The notes below the pieces were generated by a model. It worked only from the letters and a program-made list of their open reading frames with translations. It ran no database searches and was not told the DNA's origin. Positions 24,550-32,198 of a stretch of DNA of 64,000 bases are shown in pieces; position 1 is the first letter of the stretch, and each line of letters begins with the position of its first letter. The position numbers were made by a program, and so were the translations under genes. The stretch covers positions 2,853 to 66,852 of the forward strand of contig JAEYQQ010000131.1 of assembly GCA_023409955.1 (NCBI GenBank). Direction: 5' to 3'. This stretch comes from Bacillota bacterium (GTDB lineage: Bacteria > Bacillota > Clostridia > Christensenellales > Aristaeellaceae).

Positions 24550-24573
24550 GGGCGGCTCCAAACGGGGCCGCTC
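24550..24573. repeat. 24-nt direct repeat, copy 1 (contains GCGGCTCC-AAAC-GGGGCCGC hairpin)
   Basis: GGGCGGCTCCAAACGGGGCCGCTC identical to 24784..24807; preceded by TTTTGACAGGCTG plus 20-nt insertion. Confidence 0.8.
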
Positions 24574-24581
24574 AGTGTTTC

Positions 24582-24677
24582 AAAAAAGTGGGCCTGCCAC
24601 TTTTTTTGGGTTTTTCCCTCGCCACACTGCACTGCGGCTCCGCCTTTGTGCGGCCGTTTGCTCGGGCAAGGAAGGAA
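24582..24677. repeat. about 95-nt hairpin-containing repeat unit, copy 1
   Basis: AAAAAAGTGG-gcctg-CCACTTTTTT then ...TTTTTCCCT..ACTGCGGCTCCGCCTTTGTGCGGCCGTTTGCTCGGGCAAGGAAGGAA; aligns with 38518..38600. Confidence 0.7.
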
Positions 24678-24733
24678 TTTCTTCGAAATTCCTTCGAAAA
24701 CCACCGCACATGTCGCTGGTTTTCGATCTAAAA

Positions 24734-24755
24734 TTGGAGGGCTTCGGCCCTCCAA
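24734..24755. repeat. perfect 9-bp hairpin with TTCG loop
   Basis: TTGGAGGGC-TTCG-GCCCTCCAA; on the minus strand it is followed by AATTTTAG. Confidence 0.6.
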
Positions 24756-24783
24756 TACTTCCTAGTAGGTTTTTTGACAGTCT

Positions 24784-24807
24784 GGGCGGCTCCAAACGGG
24801 GCCGCTC
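24784..24807. repeat. 24-nt direct repeat, copy 2
   Basis: identical to 24550..24573; preceded by TTTTGACAGTCTG. Confidence 0.8.
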
Positions 24808-24847
24808 TTTATGGATATTCATATGGAAGAGATGATTTCGCAATTTG

Positions 24848-25051
24848 CTAGAAATGCTCTGGATCGGTGGGATTGTTCAGCACGCCGAAGGCCACCAGTG
24901 CGGCCAGCAGCGACTCTACAAGCGTTTGCCATGTATCGTTGTTAATCCCCAGTAAATTGTACAGGCCATAATGGCTGAATAGAAGGCCTACCAGGCCCAG
25001 GAGGGATGCCCATGCGGCTTTGGAACGCCAGCGGCTTTGCGTATCCTGCAT
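24848..25051 (-). CDS. small holin-like membrane protein
   Basis: 67 aa, AAAGGAG 8 nt before ATG; two TM helices and C-terminal GVLNNPTDPEHF reminiscent of SPP1-type phage holins (from memory). Confidence 0.5.
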   Translation of the reverse strand: MQDTQSRWRSKAAWASLLGLVGLLFSHYGLYNLLGINNDTWQTLVESLLAALVAFGVLNNPTDPEHF

Positions 25052-25252
25052 GATCTTGACTCCTTTCCTTAATCATCAGGCAATTGTATGCCGGATGCAT
25101 GAAATTATTGCATGATCCTGAGATGGTGCAATGTAAGTGCTTGGACAAATGTTTACATGTATTTCTTCTACTTACCATCATAAACGCATACCGTTTACCA
25201 TCAGTTCGCCGATCGTTGGCTGCCTATCTGACGGAGTATGGAGGAATGAGTC

Positions 25253-26347
25253 ATGAAGCAACGTAACCTGAACCTGCTGATCATTTTGCTAATCTGCCTA
25301 TTTGTCCCCAGCATGGCCTTAGGCGAAACATTTAACGACAAACTACACCTACCGGATTTTTCCCTGGCGGACTATCCCGCAACCACATCCAAAGCCAGCG
25401 TCGAAATTTCGTTTTCCGGATCAGACGGCTATACTTATGTACTGGAGCATCAGTACAAGGGGGTTTGGCTTGCTGCAAAATCTGTGCAGCTAAGCGGCAG
25501 CACCGGTACGTTTACGGTGGAATGCCTGCCGGGTGCCAATAAGTTTGTGCTTCGTAACCATGGCCAAAGCCGAAGTGCAAAAAGCTCAATCATATTTACC
25601 ATTGCCTGTACAGCATCCGATATACCGGCCACAGTACAGCTTCCCACCCCGACACTGCGCAAGGGCAGCAAGGGTGCGGCAGTGAAAGCGCTGCATCAGG
25701 TGCTGACAGATCTTGGCGTGTACGATGGTGCCCTTTCCACCACTTTTACCGAGGCAACCCGCAAGGCCGTGATTGCGGCCCAAGCGCTATTTGCCATCCA
25801 AGAGGATGGGGTGGCAGGACCGAAGACACTGCATTTGCTGGATTTGACAACCTATACGGTAGCTTCAAGCTCCATCGGCGGCTCATCATCCGGTGGCCAA
25901 GACATAGGTTCCAGTTATCTGAAAAAGGGTTCCAAAGGGCAGGACGTCCGTAAGCTGCAAAAGCGGCTGTTAGACTTGGGTTATGCGCCAGGCACAGCAG
26001 ACGGCATCTTTGGTGATATGACCTTGGAAGCAGTACTGCTGTATCAAAAGAATGCCAAGATCACTCAGGACGGTATCGTAGGCCCTGTGACCTGGGCAAA
26101 GCTTAACAGCGGCGCTGCCTCCCTGGTGCCCAAGCCGCCCCAATCCCGCTATCTGAAAAAAGGAGACAAGGGCGATGACGTGGTCAAGGTACAGGCACGA
26201 CTGATTGTGCTGGGATATTTGGATGATATCGCCGATGGCATCTTCGGCAAGCTGACCTATGCTGCAGTGATAGACTATCAAAAGGACGAGAATATCAAGG
26301 TGGATGGCATTGTGGGGCCTGTGACCTACGGAAGGCTGTTTCCGTAA
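25253..26347 (+). CDS. secreted protein with three PG_binding_1 peptidoglycan-binding repeats
   Basis: signal peptide; three repeats LxKGSKG..V..LQ..L..LGY....DGIFG..T..AV..YQ......DGIVGP.T. Confidence 0.85.
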   Translation: MKQRNLNLLIILLICLFVPSMALGETFNDKLHLPDFSLADYPATTSKASVEISFSGSDGYTYVLEHQYKGVWLAAKSVQLSGSTGTFTVECLPGANKFVLRNHGQSRSAKSSIIFTIACTASDIPATVQLPTPTLRKGSKGAAVKALHQVLTDLGVYDGALSTTFTEATRKAVIAAQALFAIQEDGVAGPKTLHLLDLTTYTVASSSIGGSSSGGQDIGSSYLKKGSKGQDVRKLQKRLLDLGYAPGTADGIFGDMTLEAVLLYQKNAKITQDGIVGPVTWAKLNSGAASLVPKPPQSRYLKKGDKGDDVVKVQARLIVLGYLDDIADGIFGKLTYAAVIDYQKDENIKVDGIVGPVTYGRLFP

Positions 26348-26370
26348 GTGATGGTTTTACAAGAACAAAG

Positions 26371-26410
26371 AAAACGGCAGAGAATGCAAAATGCACATCT
26401 CTGCCGTTTT
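26371..26410. terminator. bidirectional intrinsic terminator between convergent genes
   Basis: AAAACGGCAGAGA-loop-TCTCTGCCGTTTT perfect 13-bp stem. Confidence 0.7.
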
Positions 26411-26444
26411 CATATTGACCCATTTGGCGGTAAGAAAAACCTGT

Positions 26445-27098
26445 TTACCAATAGCGTCCGAACTCATCCTTTTCGTTTTCCTCAGCCAGAGCTTTGGCAA
26501 GACGGGGCGGCATCGCTTGCGTATCATGAAATAGGTATACCTTTTTGTTGCCGGTTTCCACCTTACCAATATCCTTGTTTTCTTCCTGACGCATAAGGGT
26601 GATAATGGCTTGCTCCACCTGAACCTGGGTAAAGAAGTATGGATACTGTGTGAACTTGTCGGCTGATGTGGGCAGATGATAGGTCTTTTCGTTAAAGCGG
26701 ACCATATCTACGATGGTTTTGGGAATGTTCTTATCCAGCACCAACGCGGCGATCATGGCGAAATTGTCCGACATATATGTAATGGAATAATAATAATCAT
26801 TCTTAGTGCCTTTGCGATGACGGATATCTTCATTGGACGGATCATTTAACATTTCAGCGGTTACCTGATCGATCTCTACGGTTTCGTCCCACTCAAGCTC
26901 GGCAGCAAAGGCACTTTTGCATGCCAATTGAGCGCCCTTAGAGCGCATACGGACATATGCCGCAAGACGATTGGCCTGGGTAAGTTCAGTTGAAGTCTCC
27001 TCAGGAGCAGGGGGAATAGGTATACCCTCAAATGGATCGGGTACATCCTCAAGGCTTTCCAGGTAATCCTTTAAATCAACTCGATCTTGATTATCCAT
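26445..27098 (-). CDS. hypothetical acidic protein, third gene of AOR operon (YdhW-like by position and size)
   Basis: 217 aa, AAGGAG RBS; no motif recognised; follows the AOR gene after a 73-nt structured spacer. Confidence 0.6.
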   Translation of the reverse strand: MDNQDRVDLKDYLESLEDVPDPFEGIPIPPAPEETSTELTQANRLAAYVRMRSKGAQLACKSAFAAELEWDETVEIDQVTAEMLNDPSNEDIRHRKGTKNDYYYSITYMSDNFAMIAALVLDKNIPKTIVDMVRFNEKTYHLPTSADKFTQYPYFFTQVQVEQAIITLMRQEENKDIGKVETGNKKVYLFHDTQAMPPRLAKALAEENEKDEFGRYW

Positions 27099-27107
27099 GA
27101 AACGACT

Positions 27108-27151
27108 CCTTCATGGGATAGCGGAGAGGAACCATGAAGGAACCTCTCCGC
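27108..27151 (-). promoter_or_regulatory. two interleaved perfect 9-bp inverted repeats overlapping the RBS of 26445..27098
   Basis: plus strand CCTTCATGG(27108) GCGGAGAGG(27121) CCATGAAGG(27132) CCTCTCCGC(27143); pairs are 1 with 3 and 2 with 4. Confidence 0.6.
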
Positions 27152-27171
27152 TTTTGTAATGCAATCTGTTC

Positions 27172-29271
27172 TTAGCCGACCAGGAGGCCCTTCTTCTCCA
27201 AATCATCAGCCATGAACTTCAGGTCGAATTTCTCCAGAGTAGCCCGGGTGGGTGCGCCTGTGGCAATATCCCAACCCATGGCCTCATAGAGCATATCCAA
27301 CGCCTTTTCCCAATCTTCCCGGTCCATTTTATAGGTGCCCTTTTCAAAAGGCTTCATATCCGGGTCCATGGTAAAGTGCCATTCTGTCACCTTGTCATGG
27401 GCATTGCGCATATCGGTTGTGCCAAAGGACATGATGGTGATAACGCGAAGCATCTGTGTGATTTTTTCGGAATACCAGTCCACTTTCTCGGCAGTCCATT
27501 CTTCACCCAGCACGGCAGACATGTACTTGGCATCCAGGCTCAGGTCGCCGCGGTAGCCGCGCTCCTTGGAGGGGGACAAAGACATGGGCCATACCCAGTT
27601 GCAAAGGGTTGCAGAGTCATGCCACTGCTTTGTCAGCAGACCCCATTTTGCAAAGCGGACCTTGGCTTCGTTAATGGGGGTGATTTCCTTGGTGGAGGCA
27701 TCCATAAAGCCCTTGCCCCAGATTTCTTCGCCGTTGCGGATCAACAGCTCGGTGGGGAGGCCGTTGCGGGTGTAGGAGGAGGATGCATGCACCATGCAGT
27801 CGCGGTTGTAAACGATGTTGTACAAAAGGCCTGCCTGACCAACCTGGTCGGTAGAATGGTGCTTTGTATAACCGTTGTAGGTGACCTTGTTGACGGAAGC
27901 ATCGTCCCAATACTCAGCGCCTAAGCCCCAGCGCTCTGCCATCAGATAAGAACCGTCGCCCAAATGGCTGAACTCACCAATCTTTAGGGAGATGCGGCGG
28001 ACCACTTCCTGGCCCCATCGGGGATCGCCTTCCTGCATCCAATGCCAGGGAATCTCCTTGAACTCTTCTGGGGGCAGCACTTTCTCAAAAATGCCATGGG
28101 CAAGACACCAGTCAAAGTCCAGATCCAGGTCAGAATAGCCGGTCCACAGGCCGTAATCATCCAATGCTTGGGTGGTTACGATGCCCAGAACCATGGGGCC
28201 GTCGCCTTTTACTTCAAAATCGTGGACGCCATCCCCATAGAACTTGGTTTTGGCCATGCCGCCGCAGGTGTTTGTGGTGGTGGTGGGCAAGCCCATTTCA
28301 GCCAGCTTTTCATAGCGGTAAACGGGATAGCAGCGAACAGGACAGGAGGAGCAGCCCTGGTTGCGAATGGTGTATGGCAGGGAAACCTCGCCGATATCAA
28401 AGATGCCCTTCATGGTCCGCCAGGCGTTTTTGGTGATATCGCCAACGGGCTGTTCGCCAGAATCAATGGGGCCGCCTTCCGCAAGACCCAGGGCTCTGCC
28501 GGGAGCACCCTGCCAGCGGTTTTTGCTGGTGGCGGAATACTCAGCCCAGGATTGGGGCACGTTGGGGACAGGATGGTTGTTGTTTGCGCCAATGATCTCC
28601 CGAAGCTGATAATCCTGCAGCTCCTTGAGCTTTTTCGGATCCGCCACTTGCACAGACTTTGTGCCGCGGCAGGAGATGGCCTTTACCTTCTTGGAACCCA
28701 TGATGGCACCGCAGCCGCCGCCAGCAACATTGTTATTGGAGCAGATGACCAGGGACATGTTCACCAGGTTTTCACCAGCAGGGCCGATGCAGGATACGCA
28801 GTATTCGGGACCATCCTTCTTGCTGATGGCAGTCATGGTAGCCTCCGTGCCAAGGCCCCATACATCACTGGCATCTTCGATGCTGACTTTGTCATCATCT
28901 ATTTTGAGATATACAGGTTTATCGGAAGCACCTTCCAGCACGATGGCGTCATAGCCGGCATATTTCATGGCATGGCCAAAATGTCCACCCATATGCCCAT
29001 CGATAATGGAAAAGCCCTTGGTCCAGGAAGAAAGCATGGTGATGTTTGTTCTGCCGGAGCAGGGAACGCCGGTTCCAGTTAAGGGGCCAACGCCGAACAC
29101 GACTTTGGATGCCGGATCATATGGATGGGTGGTTAAGGGTACTTCATCATAAATGATTTTATAGCCAAGGCCCATGCCGCCGATGTATTCTTTGTATTCG
29201 CTGGTATCCTGTGTGCGGATTTCGCCTGTGGTGAAATCGACTCTCAGGATTTTTCCTGCCCAACCGTACAT
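27172..29271 (-). CDS. aldehyde:ferredoxin oxidoreductase family protein, long YdhV-like form
   Basis: 699 aa from ATG 29271 (AAGGAGG 8 nt upstream); MYGWAGKILRVDFTTGEI, GGMGLGYKI, GPLTGTGVPCSGR, GANNNH, CSSCPVRC, TLCNWVWPM. Confidence 0.9.
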   Translation of the reverse strand: MYGWAGKILRVDFTTGEIRTQDTSEYKEYIGGMGLGYKIIYDEVPLTTHPYDPASKVVFGVGPLTGTGVPCSGRTNITMLSSWTKGFSIIDGHMGGHFGHAMKYAGYDAIVLEGASDKPVYLKIDDDKVSIEDASDVWGLGTEATMTAISKKDGPEYCVSCIGPAGENLVNMSLVICSNNNVAGGGCGAIMGSKKVKAISCRGTKSVQVADPKKLKELQDYQLREIIGANNNHPVPNVPQSWAEYSATSKNRWQGAPGRALGLAEGGPIDSGEQPVGDITKNAWRTMKGIFDIGEVSLPYTIRNQGCSSCPVRCYPVYRYEKLAEMGLPTTTTNTCGGMAKTKFYGDGVHDFEVKGDGPMVLGIVTTQALDDYGLWTGYSDLDLDFDWCLAHGIFEKVLPPEEFKEIPWHWMQEGDPRWGQEVVRRISLKIGEFSHLGDGSYLMAERWGLGAEYWDDASVNKVTYNGYTKHHSTDQVGQAGLLYNIVYNRDCMVHASSSYTRNGLPTELLIRNGEEIWGKGFMDASTKEITPINEAKVRFAKWGLLTKQWHDSATLCNWVWPMSLSPSKERGYRGDLSLDAKYMSAVLGEEWTAEKVDWYSEKITQMLRVITIMSFGTTDMRNAHDKVTEWHFTMDPDMKPFEKGTYKMDREDWEKALDMLYEAMGWDIATGAPTRATLEKFDLKFMADDLEKKGLLVG

Positions 29272-29298
29272 ATTGATACCCTCCTTCAGTTTCATAAG

Positions 29299-29922
29299 TT
29301 ACATTGCTGCAGCAACGTCTTCCCATGGAATTATCTGCAATGCGCCGGATACGCAACCTCTGGCGCAGGCACCGCATGCAACGCATTTGGTGGACTTTTT
29401 GGTTTCAGGATTGATGGTGGGCATCTGCCAGGGGCAGGCTTTCACACACAGGCCGCAGCCTACGCATTTTTCTTCGTCGATTTTGCGAACGCCTGTTACT
29501 TCGTCTGCATAGATGGCTTTCATGGGACAGGCATTGCCGCAAGCGGGGTCGGCGCATTGCTTGCAGGTGTCGGGGAAAGACCTGTAGGTAAAGGAATACA
29601 GACCGCTCTTACCATCGTCTGCATAGAACAGCTTGCGTGTGGTTTTCACACGGGACATATAGCTGCCTACCTTGCCATCGTTTACCAGTGTGCAGTTGCT
29701 TTCACAACGCTGGCAGGCTGTACATTTGGCTGCATTGACAACCAGCAGCCCCTGTGGCAGCGCCCATGTGGTAACAGCACCGGAGTCGGCTTCCGCCTGG
29801 GTTGTGGCAAACAGTGATAACAGCGATGAAGATAACGCTACGCCTGCCAAACTCTTTCCTGAAATCTTCAGGAATTGGCGTCTTGTAAACTCCCTGGACA
29901 TGAACCCCTTTGCTTCGGACAT
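29299..29922 (-). CDS. Tat-signal 4x[4Fe-4S] ferredoxin-type subunit (YdhX/HybA/DmsB-like)
   Basis: ATG 29922 with AAGGAGG 8 nt upstream (track ORF to 30150 is an over-extension); TRRQFLK twin-arginine motif; four CxxCxxCxxxC(P) clusters. Confidence 0.85.
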   Translation of the reverse strand: MSEAKGFMSREFTRRQFLKISGKSLAGVALSSSLLSLFATTQAEADSGAVTTWALPQGLLVVNAAKCTACQRCESNCTLVNDGKVGSYMSRVKTTRKLFYADDGKSGLYSFTYRSFPDTCKQCADPACGNACPMKAIYADEVTGVRKIDEEKCVGCGLCVKACPWQMPTINPETKKSTKCVACGACARGCVSGALQIIPWEDVAAAM

Positions 29923-29981
29923 GTTCCAAACCTCCTTAAATCGACCTATATGCAACGGCTGACAGCCGTTTACATTTAAAG

Positions 29982-30115
29982 AAAGGAGGACCTGACATGC
30001 ATCAAAAGCAAGCCAGGTCCTCCTTTGCAAAAGCAGGCTGTACGGTTGCCCGTTCAACCCATAGGTTTGCATACCACAGGGGCACTTGCAAACTCGGAGA
30101 ACAGATACGCTGTTA
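29982..30115 (-). promoter_or_regulatory. structured 5' leader: candidate Moco/Tuco-class riboswitch plus 13-bp terminator hairpin
   Basis: minus strand ..UUCUCCGAG-GUUUGCA..UGCAAAC-CUAU-GGGUUG..CAACC-..-AAAGGAGGACCUG-loop-CAGGUCCUCCUUU-CUUUAAAU; class assignment from memory only. Confidence 0.35.
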
Positions 30116-30121
30116 GGAAGG

Positions 30122-30150
30122 ATTATACTGGAATCATATTCTATTTGCAA
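30122..30150 (-). promoter_or_regulatory. sigma-70-type promoter for AOR operon
   Basis: minus strand TTGCAA, 17 nt, TATAAT in an AT-rich region. Confidence 0.5.
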
Positions 30151-30368
30151 TCGTTAAATAAAAAATTAACGAAATATGTGATTATAACAAAAATGGACAG
30201 AAAATATATGGTAAAAATAACTATGATTATGTACTGATAATGCAGTGAATAATTCCTGTGGTAAACATTAATGAACCCATAAAAAGTGATGAAAAAGCGT
30301 ATAGTGATGTGGACTAATGGTACAGAAATTCGGGACTGTTGGCCTAATGCAATGCAGATACAATACAC

Positions 30369-30400
30369 AAAAAACCGCCCTCATGCTGTATGAGAGCGGG
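30369..30400 (-). terminator. intrinsic terminator after 30412..30669
   Basis: minus strand CCGCTCTCA-loop-TGAGGGCGG then TTTTTT. Confidence 0.6.
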
Positions 30401-30411
30401 TGAAAATCTAT

Positions 30412-30669
30412 TCAGTTTTCCGGCCCGGATAACCCAGCTTGTAACGGCTTGATTCCAGGCGTTGTATCGGGCAGGCTTCCCCCCAGGGCTAACCATGCTT
30501 TAATGGTCTGCTCCATGTACTGGCCAGTGGTCAAACCCTGACTGGCTGCACGGTTGCAAATGCCAAAATAAAAATCCCGGTCCATCCGCAGACAAATGCA
30601 AATCTGATCCGGCGGGCAGGTCCAATGGCTGTCAAAGTCCTGGGTGTCGGTAAACAAATGGCTCCTCAA
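30412..30669 (-). CDS. putative ribbon-helix-helix-like small protein
   Basis: 85-aa ORF, non-ATG start uncertain; ICICLRMDRDFYFGICNRAASQGLTTGQYMEQTIKAWL fits a strand-helix-helix pattern; own terminator. Confidence 0.35.
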   Translation of the reverse strand: MRSHLFTDTQDFDSHWTCPPDQICICLRMDRDFYFGICNRAASQGLTTGQYMEQTIKAWLALGGSLPDTTPGIKPLQAGLSGPEN

Positions 30670-30827
30670 ACTCCTCCCTCCCCTGGCATCCTATGAGGGG
30701 GATAAAGGGGTGGTTCCTGGATTGATATCAGCATTGCAGCATAATTTGCGAAAAATGCAATCCGGGAAGAGTGAGAGGGGGGAGGGCATCATAAAGAAGC
30801 CCCCCCGATGATTTTCCAAATCGCATT

Positions 30828-32075
30828 TTATTGTACGCTTCTGCCTACGCTGGTGTTGTCGGCTTTGCGGTTTTGCAGACCGACAACAGGGTTGGGGGCT
30901 GTTTCCCAGCGGTAATCCTGACCTTTTTGGCGGATGTACATATCGATCACATGATGGCTGGGTACGGCATCCACATTATGATTCATTTTGTTCTGGAACT
31001 TAAAGAATTCATAATCGTGGGGCAGCATGTTGACTGGTTTGAATATTTCTTTTTCTGCTGTAAAGTCCACCATGTTCAGTGCGCTGCGGACATAGTCGAT
31101 GTTGGATTTAAATCTGAGGGCTTCGGGAAATTCGCCGTTGCCTACCACCTGCTGCCACTGCTTGTTTTCCCGCTGGGCCAGCATCTGGGCAGCTTTGTGC
31201 AGGTGGGATACCTCCATGTCAAAACACTGTTCCCAAATCTTTTTCACATTGGCGTCAGTTTCATCCTGCATCATAGACCAGTACAGGTATGCCTCGGTAT
31301 ATTCGTGCATAACCCAGCTTTCCAGCCAGGTACAGTTGACATCCATCAGGCTTTCATATTGGGTCACGTGCTGCTCTTCAATGAGTCCGATCTCCTGATA
31401 CAGGCGGCGGCCCAAATCTGAACCATAGAAGGCACCGGTGTTCATGTAGTAGTTCATGGTCTGCTGCTCGGCAGCGGTAATGATATTAATATGGAGCTTG
31501 GTGGAAATATCGGCCATTTTCGAATCTATCGGCTTGCAAAGGGCATCAAAGGGAAAGCGGTGCTCGGAGATAGTGGGCCGGCCTGGCATGATCTCAGTAT
31601 AGTGGCCAACGATGCGTTCCGCTTTTACACCCTGCTCCATTTCCAGCAGGTCCGCATAGCGGTACAGATGGTCAAAGTCTTCAAGCAATGCAAAATCCAG
31701 AGCAGATTTGACGGAGGCATCCATTTCCCTCTGGGCCAAGATAGCCGTCAGGTCAACGGCTACCTGCTCGTAGCCGATGGTGTGCTCCAAGGCGTTTTCA
31801 TTCAGGGGTTTTAAATTGGCAATCTTTTTTTGCTGCTGTTGTTCCTGGCGGCGGATGACTGCCAGCTCCCGGCGAAGGTTGTTGCAGCCTTCATGCCTGG
31901 CAAATTGATGGGAGAATTTGACGGCTTCAAATTCTGTACCATTCATCAAAATAATGCGTACCCTGGTGTAGGGATCGATTTCTTCTTTGTCGTAAGGTTT
32001 TGGGTACAGTTGGTTCCAGTCCATGAAACCGTCATTGATGTTCATGGGTTTTAGGGAAAACGGATTCACATGCAT
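30828..32075 (-). CDS. ferritin-like (di-iron four-helix-bundle type) domain protein
   Basis: about 415 aa; start uncertain (ATG 32075 or GTG 6 nt downstream); repeated E..H helices: LLEDFDHL, AAEQQTMNYY, IEEQHVTQY, DMEVSHLH. Confidence 0.55.
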   Translation of the reverse strand: MHVNPFSLKPMNINDGFMDWNQLYPKPYDKEEIDPYTRVRIILMNGTEFEAVKFSHQFARHEGCNNLRRELAVIRRQEQQQQKKIANLKPLNENALEHTIGYEQVAVDLTAILAQREMDASVKSALDFALLEDFDHLYRYADLLEMEQGVKAERIVGHYTEIMPGRPTISEHRFPFDALCKPIDSKMADISTKLHINIITAAEQQTMNYYMNTGAFYGSDLGRRLYQEIGLIEEQHVTQYESLMDVNCTWLESWVMHEYTEAYLYWSMMQDETDANVKKIWEQCFDMEVSHLHKAAQMLAQRENKQWQQVVGNGEFPEALRFKSNIDYVRSALNMVDFTAEKEIFKPVNMLPHDYEFFKFQNKMNHNVDAVPSHHVIDMYIRQKGQDYRWETAPNPVVGLQNRKADNTSVGRSVQ

Positions 32076-32198
32076 CGCTCCTTTAAAATTGGGTCTACTC
32101 CATTCTTTCCTCAACTTTGCCGGAACATGCGTAAAATTGCCGGTACCATGGTATAATCAGGCATGAGATTACTACTTGATACCAAAGAAGGCGATAGG

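Noticed and set aside
24550-24807. A possible CRISPR array, because of the exact 24-nt direct repeat.
   Set aside because: There are only two copies, they are 210 nt apart, the intervening sequence is itself repeat-rich, and no cas genes lie nearby.
24504-24843. Four ORFs of 76-87 aa overlapping each other on both strands.
   Set aside because: They are mutually overlapping, lack RBSs and are composed of the inverted and direct repeat units. I treat the region as non-coding repeat DNA.
30141-30368. A 75-aa minus-strand ORF in the AT-rich region upstream of the AOR operon.
   Set aside because: It has an Ile/Phe/Tyr/Asn-rich low-complexity translation typical of AT-rich non-coding DNA. It overlaps the predicted promoter and follows directly on the upstream gene's terminator.
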